Part shown: piece after piece, positions 57,273-64,000 of the stretch
How the letters are laid out: each line of letters starts with the position of its first letter
Numbering within the stretch: position 1 is the stretch's first letter
Source: Flavobacteriales bacterium
GTDB taxonomy: Bacteria > Bacteroidota > Bacteroidia > Flavobacteriales_F > PHOS-HE28
DNA: 64,000 bases
Assembly: GCA_016717305.1 (NCBI GenBank)
Contig: JADKFY010000002.1
Location: forward strand, 189,812 to 253,811
Direction of reading: 5' to 3'
The notes under the pieces: model-generated
What the model was told of the DNA's origin: nothing
Databases searched by the model: none
The model's input: only the letters and a program-made list of their open reading frames with translations
Made by a program: the position numbers and the translations under genes

Positions 57273-58293
57273 GGTCTTGGTAACAGGCGGTGCAGGCTAT
57301 ATCGGATCCCATACCTTGATCGAGTTGTTGGAGCATACCGACACGGAAGTTGTCTCAGTGGACAACTTCTCCAATTCGGACCGTACGGTCTTCGATCGTA
57401 TCGAGCAGATCACCGGACGTCGGGTACTTAACCACGAAGTGGACCTTTGCGACCGAGAGGCTGTGGCTCGGCTGCTGGATATGGAGAAGGGCGTCACCGG
57501 GGTGATCCATTTCGCAGCGTTCAAATCCGTTCCGGAATCGGTCACCGATCCACACAAGTATTATCACAACAACATTGCCTCACTGCTCACTTTGCTTGAA
57601 GGTTGCGTTGCACACGGTGTGGAACGGTTCATATTTTCGTCCTCATGTTCGGTGTACGGGAACATCGATCAATTGCCCGTTGGGGAGGATACCCCGTTGG
57701 GTAAGGCCGAGTCCCCATACGGCTACACCAAGCAGATCGGTGAGCGTATCATCGAGGACTATGCGCGGAACAACCCGGCAATGCGGTTCATCGCTTTGCG
57801 TTATTTCAATCCGGTGGGTGCCCATGCCTCAGGCCTCAATGGCGAAGCGCCTTTGAATCCACCTAGTAGTCTAGTGCCGGTCATTACACGCACCGCCATT
57901 GGCAAGCGTCCCAGTATGGTAGTATATGGCAGCGATTATGCTACGCGCGATGGATCATGTGTACGCGATTATGTCCATGTATCTGATATCGCTGCGGCCC
58001 ATGTGAAAGCCTTGGACTATGCAAGAAGTACGATGGACGAACCGTACGCCATTTTCAATTTGGGAACAGGTGAAGGGGTCAGCGTTCTGGAGGCCATTGC
58101 AGCTTTCGGATCCGTTAGTGGGGTCCACTTGAATTACACCGTTGGGCCACGACGGGATGGTGATGTTGGCGCGATCTATTCGGACACCACGCGGTCCCGC
58201 GAAGTACTTGGTTGGAAGGCCCAGCGGGATCTGAACGAGATGATGGCTTCCGCTTGGAAGTGGGAGCGTCAACTGGCCAGTGAAGGGATGTGA
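57256..58293 (+). CDS. galE: UDP-glucose 4-epimerase
   Basis: VLVTGGAGYIGSH, SSSCSVYG, YGYTK catalytic motif, LRYFNPVGAH. Confidence 0.9.
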   Translation: MEKRNKVLVTGGAGYIGSHTLIELLEHTDTEVVSVDNFSNSDRTVFDRIEQITGRRVLNHEVDLCDREAVARLLDMEKGVTGVIHFAAFKSVPESVTDPHKYYHNNIASLLTLLEGCVAHGVERFIFSSSCSVYGNIDQLPVGEDTPLGKAESPYGYTKQIGERIIEDYARNNPAMRFIALRYFNPVGAHASGLNGEAPLNPPSSLVPVITRTAIGKRPSMVVYGSDYATRDGSCVRDYVHVSDIAAAHVKALDYARSTMDEPYAIFNLGTGEGVSVLEAIAAFGSVSGVHLNYTVGPRRDGDVGAIYSDTTRSREVLGWKAQRDLNEMMASAWKWERQLASEGM

Positions 58294-58297
58294 TCTT

Positions 58298-59164
58298 TCA
58301 ATCCGTTCGTAAGAATGGGCGAAGGAGCAAGGTTGGTCGCCGGATCAACGCCTTCACGAACCAAGGAATGGCTTTCGCCGGTTTCCCTGCTTTCTTCCAC
58401 CAACTTCCACCTATGGCCCAATAAGCATTGGCATACGCATAGCGCAGAAAGTCACGGTCCTTCAACAATCCATTGCGCTCAGCCTTGGCGAAAAGGTAGA
58501 GGTGGTCCTTTTGATACAATGCGATGTTACGGCTCATGCTGCCCGACAGAACACGGTATCCGTTCAACGCTTCTGGTACGCGCGTGTAGGTGTGCGCGCT
58601 GGCCAGACTTAGGGCGATGTCCTGATCCGCGGAATTCGAGAGGTTCACATCGAAGCGGATGCCGGCGTCGAAACAGTTTCTGTGGGCCATTATGTTGCTG
58701 CTGATCCCCGGAATGCCGATCCCTCTTCCCGACAGGATCTTGCGTACCACATCGCCATCCGTGCCCGTCTCGCGCAGTACGGGGCGCATTTCAGCATCAC
58801 ACTGCCAGATATCGCTATACACCCAATCCACCTTGGCTGCGCGGATGGCGTTCATCTTCACGCGCAGGCTGTCCGGTGAGAGCATGGCATCGTCGGCGTC
58901 CAAAAAGGCGATGTACGTTCCACTTGCATTGTCCAAACCGGTATTGCGGGCGGCGCTCACACCGGCATTCGACTTATCTATCACCTTGATACGCGGATCA
59001 TCAATACCGCGCGCAATAGTTGACGTATCGTCCGTGGAGCCGTCGTTCACCAAGATGAGTTCCCAACTCTGCTCGGTCTGCGCCTGTACGGACCGAACGG
59101 CCTCAGCGATCCACCGCTCCGCGTTGTATGCAGGTATGATTACGGAGATCAGTGGTATATCCAT
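58298..59164 (-). CDS. GT2-family glycosyltransferase
   Basis: ISVIIPAYNAERWI, LVNDGSTDDT, FLDADD. Confidence 0.85.
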   Translation of the reverse strand: MDIPLISVIIPAYNAERWIAEAVRSVQAQTEQSWELILVNDGSTDDTSTIARGIDDPRIKVIDKSNAGVSAARNTGLDNASGTYIAFLDADDAMLSPDSLRVKMNAIRAAKVDWVYSDIWQCDAEMRPVLRETGTDGDVVRKILSGRGIGIPGISSNIMAHRNCFDAGIRFDVNLSNSADQDIALSLASAHTYTRVPEALNGYRVLSGSMSRNIALYQKDHLYLFAKAERNGLLKDRDFLRYAYANAYWAIGGSWWKKAGKPAKAIPWFVKALIRRPTLLLRPFLRTD

Positions 59165-59179
59165 TTTGGATGTGTCGCT

Positions 59180-61711
59180 CTAGACCTCGGACCGTAGTAC
59201 GACCTTGTAAATTGTCGAGATCTTTTGACTGATCGCCGCAGCGGAGAATTTCGGAGCGGCCGCCTCAGCGATCACGGCCCGATCGAATCGATCCTTGGTC
59301 CGCATGCATTCCATCAACGCATCTGCTAAGGCCTGAGGGTCGCTTACAGGTACCAGGATCCCGTTCGATGCATCGATCAGTTCAGGCACACCATTGACGT
59401 TCATCGAAACCACGGGTGTGCCGCAACAGAGGCTTTCGATCACCACACAGGGCAGATTGTCTGCATGCGTTGGCAGTACAAAGAGGTGGCTTTGCTGCAT
59501 GAGGTAGGCCATGGACTGCTTGTCCTGATAGCCCGGGAAGCTGATATCCACGTGTGGTAATTCCAGTTTACAGCGTTCCATGATGACCTCATAATCCGGC
59601 CCATATCCCACCCAATCGATAACGCACCGATCGGAAAGCGCTGGAGGTAGTAGAGCGATCGCATTGATGAACACATCGTGGTCCTTTGGAGGACGCCAAA
59701 CCGCCGCCAGCATAATCCGGAAAGGCTCGTCTGGCGGGCTTTTGGTAGGTTTGAATGCGTCGGCGGCCACATTATGGATCACGGTCAGTTTCTCCATTGG
59801 CACGTCGAAATCAGTGTTCAGAACGTGCGAGAGGTCATTGGAAACGGGCATCACCATGCGGATGTTGGGGTGCTTGAACCAATTCCGGATCTGGGATCGT
59901 TGGTTTTGCTCCACGGTAGGTGGCAATTGCCGAATGCCAAGGTGATAGAATGAATTGTGTTCCGTTACCACCACTGGCAGATCCAATTTCTTGGCTGTGG
60001 CCAAAACGTGTTCGGTCACTTCGGTCCGTACATGGATGTGGATCAACGCGAACGGTTCTTCCTTATGCCATTGGGGAATGATGCGCTTGTAGTACTGACG
60101 AACGAGCCGCTCAGCAAGTTCAAAGCGACGGAGCGGTGTAAGGATGATCGCACGATGCACGAGTAGGCCATCTTCAAAAGCTGAGGATATGGTCGTGGAA
60201 GGCCACGCAACGCGCGCTTTTACCACCTTCACATAAAGTACTTCCACTCGCTGATCGCGCGCAATTGCATGAATGTGTTCTTTGATGAAGATGCCGGTCA
60301 CATCTGCACCGGTCGGCCACCAGCCCACTATACAAAGTACCCGCTTTCCCGTACCGGGGACGATCGGTTTGGTGCTACGTTTGGTAACGACGGGGCCATT
60401 GATCAATTGACCAAAATTGCGAAGGTCCGATGGTCGGACCAGAAAGATGTCATGGATCGGGATCCCCATTCTGTAACGGATGGTCCAAAGCAGTGCGACC
60501 ATGATCACCATGTAAGCCAGTGAAGTGGCAATGGCGGCTCCCTCGATACCCATGATCGGGATCAAAAGCAGGTCCAATACCACCGTTAGCACGGCAGCGA
60601 TCGAGATCGAGTAGAGATTTACGCGCTGGTAGCCACCATGAACGACCAAGGGCACCAGCAGTTTGGTCGCACTGCTGAGAACGATCCCCGGCAACAACAA
60701 ATAGAGCGGGTTAACCGAGGCGCTGAAGACCGACCCGAAAAGCAGCGGCAAGAGCCAATGCGCCGTGGCAGCAAGTAGGAGTGCCAGTCCAAGGACTGCT
60801 GTGAAGTTCACTCGCGCCACGGTCTTGAACTTGTCCAACATTTCGTCCTTCAATTGGCCGAATAGATAGGGCTGGACCACCCGGGAGAAGGGGTCGGGGA
60901 TATAGAACAGTAACTGCGCTACACCAACGGCAACGGTGTAGATCCCCAATTGCGATTCGCCAAGCGTATCTCCGATCACCCAGATGTCGAACCTGTAATT
61001 GATCAAGTTGATCAGATTACTGAGGTGGCCGATCAGTGAAAAGGCGAGAATGGGTCGCAGTATGGACCATGTCCATATCGGGATCGGGGGAATACGTACA
61101 TCCACAATGTAGAGCACGATCCAGACCCCTGTATTGAGGGCCATGGCGATGGATGAAACAACAAGGACCATGGGTAGGATATCCGCGGAGGCCAGGGTAG
61201 CCCGCGCAAGGAATAGGATAAGGAAGGCCAAAGCGCTAAGGCCGGCATTGAAGATCCCCATCAAGTTGAGGATCTTGAAACGCTTAAGGCCAAGCAGGAC
61301 CGCGGCGATGGTCGTATTCAACAAGCTGAGTACGATGCTGAAATAGACATATCCCCAATACATCAGACCTGCACGCCCAGTTGGCATGAAGAGGTCTGTG
61401 AGCCGCAAGGACGACGCGAACCCAAAAAGAATAACAGGAACGATGACCAAGTTGACGCACAACATGGTGGCCGCCATGCCAATGACCTCCTTCGCAGCGT
61501 GACCCGCTTTGGATGTAAAATAGGTAACACCGAAACCCACGTTGAAACTGACCAGCATGGCCAGTAACGCGACCTGATTCGTTAGCAATGCATACTCTCC
61601 GCGACCAACATCGCCTAGCAGCCTGGTCAGCAGGGTGCTGGAAATGAAGTACAGAAGCAGCGTCGGCGCCTGCGAAAGGAAGGTGAAGAGTATGCTGCGC
61701 TTGAAGCTCAA
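59180..61711 (-). CDS. single 843-aa ORF fusing a Wzx-like flippase (about aa 1-435) to a GT4 glycosyltransferase (about aa 455-843)
   Basis: The N-terminal half is polytopic (FTFLSQAPTLLLYFISSTLLTRLLG..GRGEYAL...). The linker is LINGPVVTKRSTKPIVPGTGK. After that: RVLCIVGWWP..., VVVTEHNSF, LPCVVIESLCCGTPVVS. Confidence 0.8.
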   Translation of the reverse strand: MSFKRSILFTFLSQAPTLLLYFISSTLLTRLLGDVGRGEYALLTNQVALLAMLVSFNVGFGVTYFTSKAGHAAKEVIGMAATMLCVNLVIVPVILFGFASSLRLTDLFMPTGRAGLMYWGYVYFSIVLSLLNTTIAAVLLGLKRFKILNLMGIFNAGLSALAFLILFLARATLASADILPMVLVVSSIAMALNTGVWIVLYIVDVRIPPIPIWTWSILRPILAFSLIGHLSNLINLINYRFDIWVIGDTLGESQLGIYTVAVGVAQLLFYIPDPFSRVVQPYLFGQLKDEMLDKFKTVARVNFTAVLGLALLLAATAHWLLPLLFGSVFSASVNPLYLLLPGIVLSSATKLLVPLVVHGGYQRVNLYSISIAAVLTVVLDLLLIPIMGIEGAAIATSLAYMVIMVALLWTIRYRMGIPIHDIFLVRPSDLRNFGQLINGPVVTKRSTKPIVPGTGKRVLCIVGWWPTGADVTGIFIKEHIHAIARDQRVEVLYVKVVKARVAWPSTTISSAFEDGLLVHRAIILTPLRRFELAERLVRQYYKRIIPQWHKEEPFALIHIHVRTEVTEHVLATAKKLDLPVVVTEHNSFYHLGIRQLPPTVEQNQRSQIRNWFKHPNIRMVMPVSNDLSHVLNTDFDVPMEKLTVIHNVAADAFKPTKSPPDEPFRIMLAAVWRPPKDHDVFINAIALLPPALSDRCVIDWVGYGPDYEVIMERCKLELPHVDISFPGYQDKQSMAYLMQQSHLFVLPTHADNLPCVVIESLCCGTPVVSMNVNGVPELIDASNGILVPVSDPQALADALMECMRTKDRFDRAVIAEAAAPKFSAAAISQKISTIYKVVLRSEV

Positions 61712-61941
61712 TTCAAAGGGGAAGATGGGTTTCAGGCAGTGTAGTTAGGATACGGGGTACGGTTCTCCACTAAGGATCTCTTTCCGGTTCCGGCGGTAAA
61801 GGGCATAGGGTTGCCTTATGTGGCAAAGGAACAGAATCGGAACGCGTTCTCGATCTCCATCCTCGACTTTTCCTCGTTAGGGCTTTTTTGGGATGTGGTA
61901 TTGTGCGGACATCGCTCTCCTCACTGCGATCGGCGGTCCAT

Positions 61942-63096
61942 TCAATTGCCCTTTGCACCACGACGGTAGATCGCCATATATCCCTCCCACATCCGGTCGA
62001 AGGAGAACAGTTGAAGGGCCAGCTTCTGGCCAGCTGCACCGACCTCTACATGGTCCAGCTTAAGCATGTGCTCAACTCCTTCGGCTAGTGCTTTTCCCAA
62101 ACGTTCACCGATCAGTAGGCCGGCATGCGGTCCATCGATCGCATCCTTTGCCGCGCCAGTTGGGGTGGACACGACAGGCGTGGCGGACATCATAGCTTCT
62201 GCATACACGAAACCAAAAGGCTCATGGTCGGCCGCATGCAGGTAGATGTCCATGATGCGATAGAGCGAGGGCACATCGCTGCGGTCCACCCAACCGGTGA
62301 AGACCACATGGGCCTCCAAGTCTTGGTCTTTCACCATGGAACGGATCTCTTCAAGCTGTGGTCCGCTGCCACAGAAAAGAAATTTCGCAGTGGGGTGGGC
62401 ATTCACGATCATCCGCGCTGCATCTACGATATGGCGGTAACCTTTCCATTCGATGAAACGTGCCAGGGTTCCGATCACTGGGAAAGCGCCATCGAGCTGG
62501 AAGCGTTCACGGAGCCGTTGTTCGGCATCGCTGTTCTGCACCGTATAGCGCTGCGTTGGTATTCCGTGGTGTACCATGGCCACCTTGCCTCGGGGGGCAT
62601 GTTCCTTTTCCAGCATAATGGACCGAGCATCTTCGGAAACGGCGACCGCCAAGGTGGCCAAGCGGGCATTCAAGCGGTCCAGGAAGACCCATTTCGGCGC
62701 GTAGTTCAAGTGGAATCCGGTGTCCTGTCTGGTATATATGCGCCCTTTGATACGGGCGAACCAAGCTGCGATCATCGCAGGTAGTGTGTCGTCGAAGAGA
62801 TGTCCATGTACGATATCCGGTCTCGATCGCATCATGTGCCACCACAGTTGTGGCAAGGCCTTCAACATGCTCGGCCCGCGTCTTTCATTGTTGAACTTGA
62901 TCCAAATGCCATCAAATCCGAAGGACCTTATCTCATCCAGCATGGCCGGCTTTTCAGAATGGAGAAGCACGATCGTGAAACGCACGTTCCGCTGCTCGCT
63001 GGCCCGTTGCATGAACCAGGTCATGTAAGGCACTCCATCGTTGTTGGCGAAGGTGTGCATCACGTGGAGACGTTCGTCCTTCATGGGCGTGGTCAT
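61942..63096 (-). CDS. GT4-family glycosyltransferase
   Basis: EPFGFVYAEAMMSATPVVSTPTGAA motif and GT-B layout. Confidence 0.85.
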   Translation of the reverse strand: MTTPMKDERLHVMHTFANNDGVPYMTWFMQRASEQRNVRFTIVLLHSEKPAMLDEIRSFGFDGIWIKFNNERRGPSMLKALPQLWWHMMRSRPDIVHGHLFDDTLPAMIAAWFARIKGRIYTRQDTGFHLNYAPKWVFLDRLNARLATLAVAVSEDARSIMLEKEHAPRGKVAMVHHGIPTQRYTVQNSDAEQRLRERFQLDGAFPVIGTLARFIEWKGYRHIVDAARMIVNAHPTAKFLFCGSGPQLEEIRSMVKDQDLEAHVVFTGWVDRSDVPSLYRIMDIYLHAADHEPFGFVYAEAMMSATPVVSTPTGAAKDAIDGPHAGLLIGERLGKALAEGVEHMLKLDHVEVGAAGQKLALQLFSFDRMWEGYMAIYRRGAKGN

Positions 63097-64000
63097 GTGC
63101 TCTGGTTCGGACGGCTGATGAACGCCTCAAGTTGCTCGAAGATAGCCTCGTATGTACGCGTGTGGGCGAATTCGATCCGCGCTGTGACCAATTCTTCCGG
63201 CTCACCGTGTACTAGGAAATGAGTGAGCCGTTCGAGGAGCGCGGGTGCGTCATTCCGCATGTAAAGGAGCTGCTCTATGGGTAGGTACTCACTGAAAACG
63301 GTGGAGAACACGGGTTTTCCAAGGGCCAAGTACTGGAAGATCTTGTGGTGCGAAATATCGTTGCCTCGGCGTTCGATGTTCATGGGGGCCAAGCAGAAAA
63401 GCGAAGAGGCGATATAGCTCTTCAATTCCTTGAACGGTTTAATGCCGAGGTAGTGCACGTTTGGGTAGCTACCGTTCAGGACAAGGTCCTCCATCACTTT
63501 GTTCCCGTGCAGGTCGAACCTTCCGATCAAAACGAATGGCGTTGTAGGATGTTCCTGGACCATGCGGATCAGCATGGCCGTATCGAGCCGGATGTCGATG
63601 GTGCCGATATATAATCCGAAGTCCGTGAACGGGAGCGATGCCGAGGTAGTCTCGAATTCTTCCGATGAGATCGCGTGGCTGATGGTGAGGAGCGGTTTCT
63701 TGAACCGCTCGAAATCTTTCGTGATCTGTTGCGAAATGGTGACGATGCGGTCGACCCGATCATAGAGGTAGCGCTCTCCTCGAATGGTGAAATCGTAGTT
63801 GTCCACAGCGATGAAGACCGAGTGGATCGCTTCAAATAGGCTGGGGTCGAAGAGCCTTACGGGGTCGAAGGTTAGGAAGAGGTCGACTGGAAAATTAGAA
63901 CGGTCAAGTGCGCGTTTAATATTCTTGGAAACGAGGGAATTGTTCCAGCGGAAGAGCAGATCGGTCAACGATGGAAGGATGTTGTCATAGTGCAACACCG
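63093..64000 (-). CDS. glycosyltransferase (GT-B, group 1-like), 5' end probably outside window
   Basis: The ORF runs to the window edge (first in-window codon is GTG). 4-nt ATGA overlap with the downstream GT4. HHKIFQYLALGKPVFST motif. Confidence 0.65.
   Translation of the reverse strand, partial: VLHYDNILPSLTDLLFRWNNSLVSKNIKRALDRSNFPVDLFLTFDPVRLFDPSLFEAIHSVFIAVDNYDFTIRGERYLYDRVDRIVTISQQITKDFERFKKPLLTISHAISSEEFETTSASLPFTDFGLYIGTIDIRLDTAMLIRMVQEHPTTPFVLIGRFDLHGNKVMEDLVLNGSYPNVHYLGIKPFKELKSYIASSLFCLAPMNIERRGNDISHHKIFQYLALGKPVFSTVFSEYLPIEQLLYMRNDAPALLERLTHFLVHGEPEELVTARIEFAHTRTYEAIFEQLEAFISRPNQST

Noticed and set aside
1-64000. Search for tRNA, rRNA, CRISPR arrays, integrases, transposases, inverted terminal repeats and reverse transcriptase/DGR components. 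The last was prompted by the FISUMP and lectin-fold proteins.
   Set aside because: I could recognise none by eye in any frame or spacer. The absence is not proof, because no covariance or profile search was run.

Overview
This 64-kb window looks like chromosomal DNA from a Bacteroidota genome. The evidence is a SusC/SusD pair, type A and type B T9SS C-terminal sorting domains, SprB repeats, and the DUF4199, DUF4834, DUF4783 and DUF2147 families. I saw no rRNA, tRNA, CRISPR array, integrase or transposase.

Layout:
- 0-5 kb: a small accessory-looking patch. It holds a truncated YhcG/DUF1016 nuclease, an orphan ORF, a FISUMP protein, lipoproteins and a decayed ParE/RelE toxin relic.
- 5-13.5 kb: membrane-anchored regulators (a LuxR type, and a winged-helix regulator with reversed topology) plus membrane proteins.
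- 14-24 kb: a PUL-like locus. susC/susD run divergently from four secreted proteins headed by a clear PNGase F homologue. Three of the four carry T9SS sorting domains.
- 24-34.5 kb: AlkD-like repair protein, SprB-repeat adhesin, MsrA, a 1178-aa M43 metalloprotease mosaic, and a DEAD-box helicase with a long GGYKG repeat tail.
- 34.6-42.6 kb: envelope glycan cluster 1 (YfhO-like protein, GT4, Wzx, methyltransferase, GT4).
- 42.6-49 kb: housekeeping genes (DUF2147, an M1 peptidase fused to an Omp85-like barrel, YihY, nadC, rlmH).
- 49-64 kb: glycan cluster 2. It has two methyltransferase plus GtrB-like GT2 modules, a GT-C enzyme, galE, and a Wzx-GT4 fusion.

Main caveat: at least five conserved genes (susC, the YfhO-like gene, a GT4, DUF2147, yihY) are each split by a single-base indel at a short homopolymer. 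The assembly may carry homopolymer errors, or these may be real pseudogenes. The sequence alone cannot tell.

All family calls come from motif recognition by eye. No database search was run.

The best candidates for something new are the methyltransferase/GT2/GT-C module, the PNGase F plus T9SS locus, the M1-Omp85 fusion and the Wzx-GT4 fusion.
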